A stretch of DNA of 64,000 bases, from positions 11,118 to 75,117 of the forward strand of contig NJBN01000002.1 in the NCBI GenBank assembly GCA_005223185.1, given 5' to 3'. Positions within the stretch are counted from its first letter, which is position 1. Each line of letters begins with the position of its first letter. Both the position numbers and the translations under genes were made by a program. The DNA comes from a candidate division LCP-89 bacterium B3_LCP (GTDB lineage Bacteria > Electryoneota > B3-LCP). Positions 40,817 through 51,004 of this stretch are shown piece after piece. The notes under the pieces were generated by a model. The model searched no databases and had not been told where the DNA came from. It was given only the letters and a program-made list of their open reading frames with translations.

Positions 40817-41012
40817 TTGTTCTCTCACTAATTCTACCACCACACGGCACAAATTACCTATTATTTGCTGAATTCTGGTAATATTTCCCTCTTCACCCAA
40901 GTGCAATTCGCGAATATTATACTATTTAAGTAGTATTCCTTGTCTTTGAAACGTGGCACTGCCTTTGCGCTTGTATACCTGAATAATTCCCTATTACTCA
41001 AATGGTAGAAAG

Positions 41013-41957
41013 ATGAATTATCGTCCTGTTTTCATCGGTGGGCTACGCCGTAGTGGCACGACCTTAATGCGAGGCGCTCTTGGTCGCCATCCTGACTTGG
41101 GTATCTTCCTGAACGATCTTCCCTTCTTTGAAGTGGTATATGAAAAATACAAATTCCTGAATATGAACTCCTCTTTTATTTGCTCCAAGATGGTCGATGA
41201 TATATTGAACCATTACAGAATGGAAGAGGTCGAGGTGAAGTTCGATAGAAATGGCATCTTGAAGAATCTGGGATCGTACCCTAGCATAAATCCGGTCATC
41301 ATAATTGAGGAAATCCTGAAAAGTTACGCCTCTGCTGTGGGAAAGCCGCGTTGGGGTCTGAAAAATCCGGTTCTTGAATTCTATGCAGACGTCTTATTCG
41401 AACAATATCCGAATGCAATAATGGTTCATATGATCCGCGATCCCCGCGATCGCCTGGCTTCCATCAAAGCTATTAATTGGGAATATACTCTGGAAGGTAA
41501 TATTGACGAGTGGTCGAAATCGGTCGCCCTGGCGAAGGAAAACAGTATAAAATATGAAGGATCTTATTTCGTTGTTCGCTACGAAAGCTTCCTGGTTAAT
41601 CCTCAGCAGTATCTAAAAAAGATAATGGAGGCTGCAGAATTGCCACTTAGTGAAGAAGTACTGGATATGGAATCGGTGATGGGGGAGAGGTCATCTCACG
41701 ACAATTCGGGAGAGCCAATCAGAAAAGGTATATACAAATCCTCAATCGGAAAATACATTTTTCATCTACCTGCATTTGAAGTGTACGTTCAGCAACAAGT
41801 TTTAGGCGAAGAGATGATCAAATGGGGATATGAGCTATTGCCTCTGTCCCTGCCTACGAGCTTTAACGAAGGTGGTAGCAAGGTGCCTGAGTGGCGGGAT
41901 GAGATCAGTCACACCGGCATAGCTAATCCAGAAGAACAGCTAATGGGATTAAATTAG
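41013..41957 (+). CDS. Sulfotransferase family protein
   Basis: 5'-PSB 'GGLRRSGTTL', 'WGLKNP', 3'-PB 'IRDPRD..AS', 'VRYE'. Confidence 0.88.
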   Translation: MNYRPVFIGGLRRSGTTLMRGALGRHPDLGIFLNDLPFFEVVYEKYKFLNMNSSFICSKMVDDILNHYRMEEVEVKFDRNGILKNLGSYPSINPVIIIEEILKSYASAVGKPRWGLKNPVLEFYADVLFEQYPNAIMVHMIRDPRDRLASIKAINWEYTLEGNIDEWSKSVALAKENSIKYEGSYFVVRYESFLVNPQQYLKKIMEAAELPLSEEVLDMESVMGERSSHDNSGEPIRKGIYKSSIGKYIFHLPAFEVYVQQQVLGEEMIKWGYELLPLSLPTSFNEGGSKVPEWRDEISHTGIANPEEQLMGLN

Positions 41958-41989
41958 ATTCAAATGTAAATCCCAATTGTTTGAGGAGT

Positions 41990-42016
41990 AAAAAGCCCCG
42001 CACACCGCGGGGCTTT
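41990..42016. terminator. Bidirectional terminator
   Basis: aaaagccccgc-acacc-gcggggctttt between convergent genes. Confidence 0.85.
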
Positions 42017-42067
42017 TGTTATTAACTAACTACGAACAGCTAACAGCTAACTGCCAATAGCTAACTG

Positions 42068-44668
42068 CTATTTCATCAGTACCATCTTGGCGGTTGAAGT
42101 GAAGCTGCCAGCGGTCATCTTGTAGATGTACACGCCAGAGGCTAAGTCAGTGCCATTGAAGGTAACTTCGTAGGAACCGGCATCCTTCCAGCCGTCAACC
42201 AGCGTTCCAACCATACGTCCGCTGACGTCATAGACAGCGATGGTTACCTTACCAGCGTCAGCGATGCTGTAGCTGATAGAGGTGGTCGGGTTGAACGGGT
42301 TGGGGAAGTTGGTGTTCAGGCTGTATTCAGAAGCCATGCTCACCGTTACTTCGATCGGATCGGAGAAGGTTACCGCACCGCTGATGTCAGTTTCCTTCAG
42401 ACGGTAGGTGTAAGTACCTTCACCGACGTTGTCCAGGTAGCTGTAGGACTGCGGTTCGATGGTTGTTCCGTGACCAGGCAGCGTAGCAATGCTGACGTTG
42501 TCACGCAGTACTGTCCATTCGTAGCAATCTGTTTCACTGGCGGTATTCCAGGTCAACAGGACGCCTTCTTCAACGACGTTAGCGTTAAATGCAGACAGTT
42601 CAACAGGTGTTGGATATTGAGGAACCGGATAAATGCGGATACCCATGTACTGTGCTGGTTCCAGCGGACCAGAACCGTCAAAGGTACATTGGACACCCAT
42701 TGCTCCGAAACTATCCTCGACGCCAACTGTAGCTGAAAGAGCCGTACCTGGTGTCAGGTCGCAGTACATGTAATCGATGGTACCATCATCGTAGAGGATG
42801 AATTCGAACTTGTAGTTACCGCCAGTTGAATAGTGAGGTACGTTATACCATTCACCAATGAAGCGGCCGCCAGCTACGTCGGAATAGTACCATACAGAAC
42901 CACCCAATGAGGGGTTCATGTCATCCCAGTACGGACAGATAAGATCGTTTGGTGTAGCTGCTGTCGGGATGGCATAGTTGATGTACGACGTCAACGTAGA
43001 GGTGAACGACGCCCAACCGTTGGAGCAGAAGTAAATCTGCGTCTGATCCGTGTAGAATGGGAAGGTGAATCCCAGAGCGAACGGACCTTCGTTATCGTCG
43101 TCAAGGACGATGCCGGTGTTGGTACCGGGGAACATCGCATAAGGTTCAGCTGGGTTGATTTCGATCCAGTCATAAGCGATCTCTTCGAACTCGGGCGGAC
43201 CGACGAAGAAGGTGTTGCTGATGACTTCAGGACCGTTACCCGTAGAGTTGTAGGCTACCACACCATATTCGTAGAAACCGTTGAGGGTCATGGTGTTGTC
43301 GTAGTAGTAAGTAGCCAGACCGGTAACCGTGAAGGTTGCTGGATCAGGTCCGTAACGGTAGATGGTGTAGCCATCGATGCTGCCAGCGGGGAAGTAACCA
43401 CCGTTGGCGCCCGTTGTCGGATTGTCCCAGTTGAGTTCGGCTTCTAAGTTCGTTAAAATGCCTGCGCCAACTAAGTTATCTACACCTGCGGGAACGTCCA
43501 GACCAATGGCTGCGTTACCTGAAACGGGAATACCGTCACCGAGACTGTTTACGCACATAACACTGTAGCCATACACGCCAGCGGAGGAAACGATGTCATC
43601 ATAGGCCATGGCAGCACCAGGTGTGCTAACGCCTAAATTATCGATGACTATGCCGTCACGACTGATGACGATGTCTGTAATTTCTGTCAGAGGATCACCA
43701 CCGACGGTCAAAGTCGGGTTGTCCCAGGACAAAGAAGCTAACAGATCAGCTCCGTTGTTAGCGATTGCGAAGTTCTCAGGAGCACCAGGAGCACCAGGAT
43801 CGGCAACTATGGTCAGCTCCAGAACGAACAGCATGTCATCAGGAGTACCCTGAGTTATACCAACCAGGCAAGCCAGACCAGGTGCATATTGGTCGGTCAT
43901 GGACAGACCACCGGCGACCTGCGCAGTCGAACCGGGAACCAGAGGCACAACATAGGCGAAGCCCGTGAGCACGTGGTCAATCGGGTCGTACTGGTGAATG
44001 GTTGTCTGAGGAGTACCGGTCTGATCAAGGATCCACAGCCAGGGACCGTCTGCAGAGTACTCATCAAAGGCCATACCGTAGGCAGCAGTTACGCCGCTTG
44101 TGCCGGTGTACAAGACTGCACCGGAGCGGTCAAAGTTGTAGATCGGACCGCTGAATGACTGCGTCCAGAAAGTATCTGTGTCAGGATCGTAAGCCAGAGC
44201 ACGGTTCGGCAGACTTGGTCCGTTGATGTTCATGGCAGGAACCAGGTTACCAGCTAAGTCGAAGGCTTCCACTGTGGTGGTGACAGATCCATACATATAG
44301 GTCCCGTCATAAGCCAGATCACGCCAGCCCCAACCTGTTGAAGCCGCTGACTGGGTGAAAGAAAAGTTAAATGCACCAGTCGCGTCACATACATAAACGT
44401 AATTTGGATCGGCAGCATTACCGGCGCCGGTAATGTAGAAGTTGCCATCTGCGAAGTGAGGTCCCAACAACTGATTGTCAGCACAGACGACACCAGCGTT
44501 GAAGTAAAAGATCATGTCCCAGGGATCGTCAACAGGTGGATAGTTGACCGGTCCCGCTGTTGGTGATACATCGTTCAGCAACGTTACTTCTTTATCCGCC
44601 CAGGCGGAAGTTACCATAAGCAACGCTACAAACATACATAAAACTGTCATTGTTCGATTCATAACCAC
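42068..44668 (-). CDS. Large secreted protein: propeller-like N-terminus, two FN3-like domains, Ig-like domain and T9SS-type C-terminal domain
   Basis: Signal peptide, two 'WDNPT' modules, 'PVELSAF..LTWNTASE', 'FPNPFNP..YDVSGRMV..LASGVYIYKM..KMVLMK'. Confidence 0.85.
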   Translation of the reverse strand: MVMNRTMTVLCMFVALLMVTSAWADKEVTLLNDVSPTAGPVNYPPVDDPWDMIFYFNAGVVCADNQLLGPHFADGNFYITGAGNAADPNYVYVCDATGAFNFSFTQSAASTGWGWRDLAYDGTYMYGSVTTTVEAFDLAGNLVPAMNINGPSLPNRALAYDPDTDTFWTQSFSGPIYNFDRSGAVLYTGTSGVTAAYGMAFDEYSADGPWLWILDQTGTPQTTIHQYDPIDHVLTGFAYVVPLVPGSTAQVAGGLSMTDQYAPGLACLVGITQGTPDDMLFVLELTIVADPGAPGAPENFAIANNGADLLASLSWDNPTLTVGGDPLTEITDIVISRDGIVIDNLGVSTPGAAMAYDDIVSSAGVYGYSVMCVNSLGDGIPVSGNAAIGLDVPAGVDNLVGAGILTNLEAELNWDNPTTGANGGYFPAGSIDGYTIYRYGPDPATFTVTGLATYYYDNTMTLNGFYEYGVVAYNSTGNGPEVISNTFFVGPPEFEEIAYDWIEINPAEPYAMFPGTNTGIVLDDDNEGPFALGFTFPFYTDQTQIYFCSNGWASFTSTLTSYINYAIPTAATPNDLICPYWDDMNPSLGGSVWYYSDVAGGRFIGEWYNVPHYSTGGNYKFEFILYDDGTIDYMYCDLTPGTALSATVGVEDSFGAMGVQCTFDGSGPLEPAQYMGIRIYPVPQYPTPVELSAFNANVVEEGVLLTWNTASETDCYEWTVLRDNVSIATLPGHGTTIEPQSYSYLDNVGEGTYTYRLKETDISGAVTFSDPIEVTVSMASEYSLNTNFPNPFNPTTSISYSIADAGKVTIAVYDVSGRMVGTLVDGWKDAGSYEVTFNGTDLASGVYIYKMTAGSFTSTAKMVLMK

Positions 44669-44839
44669 TCCTTCATTTTGTTGAGCATTATTACAGTTGA
44701 TTTATTTTGAACTCATTTGTTAATGCAGCACATGAAGTTATGCGCATAAGTGCAACCATTAGGAGAAGCTACTCCTTAAGCTGCATATCTCACGCATATA
44801 AACCTAAAAATGTGAACTCCGGTAATTTCAACGTTATAT

Positions 44840-44868
44840 AATATAACATTTATTCAAAGCCCTGTCAA
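44840..44868 (-). promoter_or_regulatory. sigma70 promoter for the 44668 gene
   Basis: Minus strand TTGACA-17 nt-TATATT. Confidence 0.65.
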
Positions 44869-45218
44869 GCACTTTTTTTTAAATATACACTTATTTTATT
44901 CTTGAATATATCAATAAAAACAAGATGATAAGGTTTTTATTTGATTTTTTTGTGAAAAAAGAAACGCATGACTTTTTAGAAGATGCAAATTTTTACATCT
45001 TTTTTCCGTACCGAGATTAAGATTTCTTCAAGTTCCACTTCAAGTGGTGTGAACCATCTTTAATGCTGTTTAGCGGTAATGACCTCTAAAGAATGTGAAT
45101 TTATGCTTGACTTTTGGCGGTATTGCGTCTTACAATTAGTGGATGTTTTTTCTCAAGTGGATGTTAGCGCCAGGAAACAGTTCTGATAGTTATCAATTAC
45201 AAAGTGGGGATAAAATGT

Positions 45219-45247
45219 TTGACATGACGCATTTATTGTGCTATATT
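45219..45247 (+). promoter_or_regulatory. sigma70 promoter for the tRNA
   Basis: TTGACA-17 nt-TATATT with extended -10 TG, 12 nt before the tRNA. Confidence 0.75.
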
Positions 45248-45259
45248 ATCGGTTTCGAA

Positions 45260-45332
45260 GCCACCGTAACTCAGTTGGTAGAGTAGCTGATTCGTAATCA
45301 GTCTGTCGGAGGTTCGACTCCTCTCGGTGGCT
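45260..45332 (+). tRNA. tRNA-Thr(CGT)
   Basis: Acceptor stem GCCACCG/CGGTGGC, D-arm, anticodon arm gctga-ttCGTaa-tcagt, T-loop GGTTCGACTCC. CCA is not encoded. Confidence 0.95.
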
Positions 45333-45406
45333 CTATGAAGAGCCCCCCAAGGCTTAAAGGGGCTCTCATCTTTAAGTTGGAAATCGGAAATTGGAAGAAT
45401 AAGTAT

Positions 45407-46840
45407 ATGAAACCTGTTGTCATCATCGGAGCAGGCCCTTCCGGGTTAGCTGCTGCTTATGAATTAGCTATTAACAGCGTACCGGTCGTCTTAATAGAGA
45501 GACTTGGTCAAGTCGGAGGTCTCTCCCGCACCATTCGTAATAACGGCGCGCACTTTGACGTTGGGCCGCACCGTTTCTTCACCCAAAATGCGGAGATTCA
45601 TCAACTCTGGGAAGATATACTGAAGGAGAACCTGCTGTCCGTTCCGCGGTTAACACGCATCTTCTATAAAAACAAGTTCTTCTATTACCCATTAGCTCCC
45701 ATGAATGCCTTCTTCGGTGTTGGGCCGGTTTCCGCCGCTGCCATAGTTACCAGTTATTTGAGTACCCGCCTGAGCCAGCGTATTTCCCCCAATGAACCTA
45801 AAAATTTCGAGGAGTGGGTCGTTAACCAATTCGGTCGCAAACTATTCGAAACCTTCTTTAAAACTTACACTGAAAAAGTCTGGGGAATCCCCTGCACTCA
45901 GATTGGTGCTGACTGGGCTGGTCAGAGGATAAAAGGGCTATCGCTCTGGACCGCAGTAATGAACTCCATATTCAAATCCAAACAGAAGAACATCAAGACT
46001 CTTGTCGATGAGTTCGTCTTTCCCCGTGGGGGCGCTGGCTTTTTCTATGAAGGTCTGGCTTCTGTCGTGGAAGATAAAGGTGGCAAGATCCTGTTAAACA
46101 GGTATGCTGAAGGATTCAGGCATGAGGATTCCAGGATCAAATCTGTAATTCTAAGAAATGAATCTGGTGAGCGTGAAGAAATCGAGGGCGATGCATTTCT
46201 GGTAAGCTCTCCTCTATCGGACGGGATCTCAGGTTTAACTCCAGAACCGCCAACCGAAGTTACGGAGGCTGCTAAAGGGCTTCGCTATCGCTCTCACTTA
46301 GGAGTGGACATGCAGGTTGAAGGCAACCCCTTTCCGGATAACTGGATCTACGTCCATTCCAGCGATGTGAAATTGGCGCGTATTGCCAATTACCGCAACT
46401 TTTCCCAGGAGATGGCTGGTTCTGATTCCACCACGCCCATCACGGTAGAATATTTCTGTTTCCCTGGCGATTCTGTGTGGGAAAGGAAAGATGATGAACT
46501 TATCGATCTTGCCCGAACTGAATTAAAACACATGAAGATACTGCAGCCCGATCAGGTTCATTCATGGTTCATCGTCCGCAATGAAAAAGCTTACCCCGTA
46601 ATAGAAATCGGCTATGAAAGTAAGATTCAGATTCTAAAAAGTTACATCGCCCGTTTTAAAAATTTCCAGCCCATCGGTCGTTCAGGTATGTTCAAGTATA
46701 ATAACATGGATCATGCCATCATGACAGGATTATTAGCAGCACGTAATTATATGGGTAGTAAATTTGATATCTGGTCTGTGAATATCGATGCTGAATATCA
46801 TGAATCGGCGGAAGTCCCCCAAAAGAATCATTCCCAATGA
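45407..46840 (+). CDS. FAD-dependent oxidoreductase (protoporphyrinogen oxidase / UDP-galactopyranose mutase-like superfamily)
   Basis: 'IIGAGPSGLAAA', 'GGLSRT', 'FDVGPHRF', 'GRSGMFKYNNMDH'. Start moved to the ATG at 45407. Confidence 0.85.
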   Translation: MKPVVIIGAGPSGLAAAYELAINSVPVVLIERLGQVGGLSRTIRNNGAHFDVGPHRFFTQNAEIHQLWEDILKENLLSVPRLTRIFYKNKFFYYPLAPMNAFFGVGPVSAAAIVTSYLSTRLSQRISPNEPKNFEEWVVNQFGRKLFETFFKTYTEKVWGIPCTQIGADWAGQRIKGLSLWTAVMNSIFKSKQKNIKTLVDEFVFPRGGAGFFYEGLASVVEDKGGKILLNRYAEGFRHEDSRIKSVILRNESGEREEIEGDAFLVSSPLSDGISGLTPEPPTEVTEAAKGLRYRSHLGVDMQVEGNPFPDNWIYVHSSDVKLARIANYRNFSQEMAGSDSTTPITVEYFCFPGDSVWERKDDELIDLARTELKHMKILQPDQVHSWFIVRNEKAYPVIEIGYESKIQILKSYIARFKNFQPIGRSGMFKYNNMDHAIMTGLLAARNYMGSKFDIWSVNIDAEYHESAEVPQKNHSQ

Positions 46841-46864
46841 TGATAACTGACGGCATTACTCCTC

Positions 46865-48343
46865 ATGCAAGCCATCCACGGTAACGATTACTCCAAAAAA
46901 AGACAGTTAATTTTTTACCTTATCTTACTAGCTCTTGTCATCTGGGCTGTCGGCTGGCTCTTATGGTACGAACCTGAACAGGACGAAGTTGAACACTGGC
47001 ATGTAGCCTGGTTGATGCACCAGGGACAGCGTCCCTTCGATGATTTTTTCGAACATCATTCCCCACTGCTCTGGAACATACTCTCGCCGATTTACTCCAT
47101 AACAGGTACTTCCTTTGCTGTAATTCCGATCTCACGTAGCGCTATGATCCTGGTTTTTCTGCTTACCGTTCTGCTGATCAGGAACATTGCGGGACACTGG
47201 GTCAATCCGGAAGCTGCCTGGATAGCAGCCCTGGGTTTTCCCCTGTACAGTTTGAGCTTACTCACTGCGCATTTGTACGTCCGCGGCGATCCATTTATAC
47301 TCTTATGCCTGGTCTTTGCTCTTTGGATTGCTATCAGACTCCTTAAAGAGGACAACCGGGAGAAGCCTTACCTAAGCCGTCTTGTTTTAATTTTTATCAG
47401 TTTAGGTCTTGCTGTCGGATTTTCCCCGCGTGCGGGACTGCCCGCGCTAACTCTATTCCTCACCTTATTCATTCTAAGTCTGCGGCATTTGAAGCTTCTT
47501 CAAACTGTAGCGATATTCTTCGCAGGTGGTTTCATCATCTTGATCCCAACTCTAATACAAGCCTTAATTTACGGGTTCGATCAGTATTTTCTGTGGGTAT
47601 ATCGTTTTAGTGCAGGTCTTTATCCGTCATTTTCACCAGTAGGAAATCTGCAGCGAATACTCATCGCCGCCGCTCCCATCTGTCTGTTCTCAATCTATGG
47701 GTTGTACCGTTTTTTCCGGGATCGGGATCTTCGCCGCGACCGTCCGCTGATCTTGATGGTGACCATGACTGTGGTCAACTTCTTCGGTTTGTGGGCCAGT
47801 GCCAGACCTTACATGCAGCATTTCCTCATGACTATACCCTTCTTCGGTATAATGGCAGCTATCGGCTATTCCCAGATGAAGGAAAAGTTGATGGGAAGGT
47901 TTAAACCCGCCCGCTGGAATTGGGCTGCTGTGGTTTTAACTGCAGGAGTATTAGTCTTATACACCAAAACCTGGAAGATGCACAATAGCGGATTTCAGGA
48001 AAACCGGCAAGTCTGGACCGAGCGAGCGCAATGGCTCCTGGATCATACAGATGACGATGCGACTTTTGCTGCGGGAATGGCTTATTACCAGCCGATATTT
48101 TTGGATGATGCCTTTCATCACTGGTTTCCCGGTCGTTATGTTGTGCCCAGCATGAAACGGTTGAACCCCGGTTTTACACCGTATTCACTTAATGATCTGC
48201 AAACCGCCTCACCTGACGTTCTGCACGAATCCTTCGCCGAAGCCTGGGGTTTCATGTGCTCCGAAGATTATCTGAACTGGCTTGAAGATAACTACAAGCC
48301 CACCCCCTACAGGGGCTACTGGTTGAAGAAATCCCATCCGTAA
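46865..48343 (+). CDS. GT-C-fold (ArnT/PMT-like) membrane glycosyltransferase, putative
   Basis: Many TM helices; acidic 'DEVEH' after TM1, 'PFDDFFEHHSPL'. Confidence 0.65.
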   Translation: MQAIHGNDYSKKRQLIFYLILLALVIWAVGWLLWYEPEQDEVEHWHVAWLMHQGQRPFDDFFEHHSPLLWNILSPIYSITGTSFAVIPISRSAMILVFLLTVLLIRNIAGHWVNPEAAWIAALGFPLYSLSLLTAHLYVRGDPFILLCLVFALWIAIRLLKEDNREKPYLSRLVLIFISLGLAVGFSPRAGLPALTLFLTLFILSLRHLKLLQTVAIFFAGGFIILIPTLIQALIYGFDQYFLWVYRFSAGLYPSFSPVGNLQRILIAAAPICLFSIYGLYRFFRDRDLRRDRPLILMVTMTVVNFFGLWASARPYMQHFLMTIPFFGIMAAIGYSQMKEKLMGRFKPARWNWAAVVLTAGVLVLYTKTWKMHNSGFQENRQVWTERAQWLLDHTDDDATFAAGMAYYQPIFLDDAFHHWFPGRYVVPSMKRLNPGFTPYSLNDLQTASPDVLHESFAEAWGFMCSEDYLNWLEDNYKPTPYRGYWLKKSHP

Positions 48344-48359
48344 TCCTGCAATCATATAT

Positions 48360-49235
48360 GCTGCACAGCCGGGACATCCCCTTGATGGTAACCTTTCCAC
48401 AGCTTCGAAGGAGTGGCTTCGAAAAGCACACGAATAAATTCGTATGCCCAGATTTTGGGTAAAGTCGCTAAAGCGACTGATTAAGGCACAAGGTCGGGTG
48501 GACATATCATGTGACAGATGTGGCGGACACAATGAAGTGTCCGTCATTTTTTGCGTCTGTTTTGTGCTTAGGAAAAGGGGTAGGCGACAGTTATGTCTTT
48601 TATATTGGGATTTGGGATTGATGGATTCTGGGTTCAGTTTGCATCAGACAAGGGCGTCTGACGCCACACTATAACGTTGGCACACCACTTAAGGGTCCTT
48701 ACGGACGAGGGCGTGCGACAGCACTGTGCTGGAGGGGTTCTGTATATAATATACAACATTTGGCGGGAAAAAGCAAGGGAAATTTTGGGATTTTAAGGTG
48801 GGAGTGGAGTAATGAAAGGCATGAGATCGCTTCGTCATCCGTCGGCTGACGGATTTCTCGCGATGACGGTAGTGGAGGATTGCTTCTCAATTCTGAATAG
48901 AAAGATTTGTTTGACAGTTTGGACTTCTCTGGATTCCCGCGTACGCGGGAATGACAGTGTGGGGGACGGGGGATTGCTTTGTCCGGTTTCGCCGTCCTCG
49001 TCAAATAGTGATCAATGAGGGTGGCGTCTGATGCCATTTTGCGTTGGGTTGTCCCGTAGGGACGGCTACGCCGCGCTGTGCTTAACCCAACCTACTAGCT
49101 GATCCCCCCGGGACATCCCCAAAGGGGTGGCTTCGCCACAAGCTGTCCCGGCCACCCGCCAGGGATCAGTGAGTGAATGGGAAGATTTGGATGATACTTT
49201 GGACACCTCTGGATCCCTGCGTCCGCAGGGATGAC
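48360..49235. repeat. About 0.9 kb cluster of REP/RPE-like palindromes
   Basis: Includes ctggattcccgcgtacgcgggaatgac, ctggatccctgcgtccgcagggatgac, gagatcgcttcgtc..ctcgcgatgac, gttgggtt..aacccaacctac and ggcgtctgacgcc. No credible CDS. Confidence 0.8.
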
Positions 49236-49340
49236 TGCATCCATTTCCCCGCAAAAAATATCCCCTCTTGACTTTTGGTGATTTATTTTGTATATTGTTA
49301 TTTGGGTACTTGTATTTATCTTAATGTTCTGGCGGTAGCC

Positions 49341-50999
49341 ATGCGCGCTAAATTCATACTTCTACTACTTCCCACCCTTCTTCTGGCACTCCCCTACCCT
49401 CTCTCCGCCCAGTGGACACCTGACCCGTACGATGGTATGGTGACGGTTACCAATGAACCTGGAAATCAGAGTAACATCGAAATCTTAAGCTTATCAGGAA
49501 ATAACACAATTTTAGTTTGGCAAAGTACCAACAATTGGCCTCTGAAGTACTATTATCAGGTACTGGATCTGCGAGGTAGAGCTTTATTACCTGAAAACGG
49601 GGTTCCCCTTATAGATGGAAACTGGGAATATGGTTGGGGGTATGGAGGTTTGATGCCCGACGGCGAGGGCGGCTGCATTGCCGTTTTCGATGACTGGCGA
49701 GATGGATCGCGCCAGATTTACGGCCAGCGAATAGACGCCAGAGGAAGCCGCCTCTGGGGAGAAAACGGGCTTCCCCTGGCGATTTGGCCTGAATACGATC
49801 TGAATAGTTTAGATATAGCCTATGATTCCCTGGGCAATTTCTTTGTTTGTTTTACCTATGAGACGATTCAGAGTGATTATTATTTGTACGCACAGAAATT
49901 CGACAACAACGGAAATTGCCATTGGGGACCCTATGGCATTCCGATTTGCACATATGGTGGATATGCGATTTTTTCAGAAGCCGTACAGGATGAAGAAGGA
50001 GGCATCCTCATTGTCTGGGAGGATAGCAGGCAGAGTGGTAGTTATTATGAGCGTCTATTTTACTTTCAGCATCTGGATGCTGCAGGCAATCCCCTTCTGC
50101 TGGAGAATGGCATTCAGATTCGACTGGCTTCTGAGAGTCTTGATTGCTGCCATGATGGCGTTTCAGACGGCCAGGGTGGCGGCATCTGGTCCTGGCAGAA
50201 GAGCGGACCCGGTATCGATTCTGAACTTGCTGCTTTCCGGCTCTCAGGAGATGGACGTACCATATGGGAGTGGTATGGAGGCATCGTATGCACGCGTTCG
50301 TTTTTAGAAATGAAATCACATCCTGATGACGGCAATATATGGTTAAGTGATAATGAGGATAGAACCGGCCAATATGTAGGTTATATTTATTGCTTCACAG
50401 CTGACGGAACACCGTTGTTTGGTGATGAGGGTCTTCCTTATGGTGGATGGCTTGTACCAGCTCCCGGCGGTATCATTACGATATATTCCCCTTACTCCGA
50501 AGTTAGATCAGTTCTAAGTGCTCAATATGTGCACAATGATGGCAATCCTGGCTGGAAGACCACGATGGCGCAATGTGACACTTTGGGACAGGCTCTTACT
50601 GGACAGTGTGGTGCGCCCGACGGTTTTGGGGGTGCTGTGGTTGCAATCTATGACGACCGCATTCAGACAGCTGGTCATGACATAGCTGCCCAACGGGTTT
50701 GTTGGGATGGCCAGGTCGCCTGGACTAAATATAAACCACCAACAAAAATTACCATCATAGATGCTGTTCTAAACTACCATAACGGAATACTATCATACAA
50801 TCTTCCTCAAGCAGGTATAATAAAACTTGACCTATTTGACGTTTTAGGGCGTAGAATAGAGACCCTGGCAGAGAGCTATAAAGATGCAGGGCAATACAAT
50901 ATACACATAAACAACACACACTTACCTTCAGGAATTTACCTCACAAAACTGACTTCACCTGTAGGCAGCCATGTCGCCAAGATGGTTGTGGTGCGGTAA
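49341..50999 (+). CDS. Secreted repeat (propeller-like) protein with T9SS-type C-terminal domain
   Basis: Signal peptide; repeated 'DGxGG..W.D.R..YxQ..D..G' units; 'FDVLGRRI..LPSGIYL..KMVVVR'. Confidence 0.82.
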   Translation: MRAKFILLLLPTLLLALPYPLSAQWTPDPYDGMVTVTNEPGNQSNIEILSLSGNNTILVWQSTNNWPLKYYYQVLDLRGRALLPENGVPLIDGNWEYGWGYGGLMPDGEGGCIAVFDDWRDGSRQIYGQRIDARGSRLWGENGLPLAIWPEYDLNSLDIAYDSLGNFFVCFTYETIQSDYYLYAQKFDNNGNCHWGPYGIPICTYGGYAIFSEAVQDEEGGILIVWEDSRQSGSYYERLFYFQHLDAAGNPLLLENGIQIRLASESLDCCHDGVSDGQGGGIWSWQKSGPGIDSELAAFRLSGDGRTIWEWYGGIVCTRSFLEMKSHPDDGNIWLSDNEDRTGQYVGYIYCFTADGTPLFGDEGLPYGGWLVPAPGGIITIYSPYSEVRSVLSAQYVHNDGNPGWKTTMAQCDTLGQALTGQCGAPDGFGGAVVAIYDDRIQTAGHDIAAQRVCWDGQVAWTKYKPPTKITIIDAVLNYHNGILSYNLPQAGIIKLDLFDVLGRRIETLAESYKDAGQYNIHINNTHLPSGIYLTKLTSPVGSHVAKMVVVR

Positions 51000-51004
51000 A
51001 AGAA

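Noticed and set aside
48444-49254. Short ORFs at 48444, 48699, 48812 and 49066
   Set aside because: They are translations of palindromic repeats, with no RBS or domain-like content.
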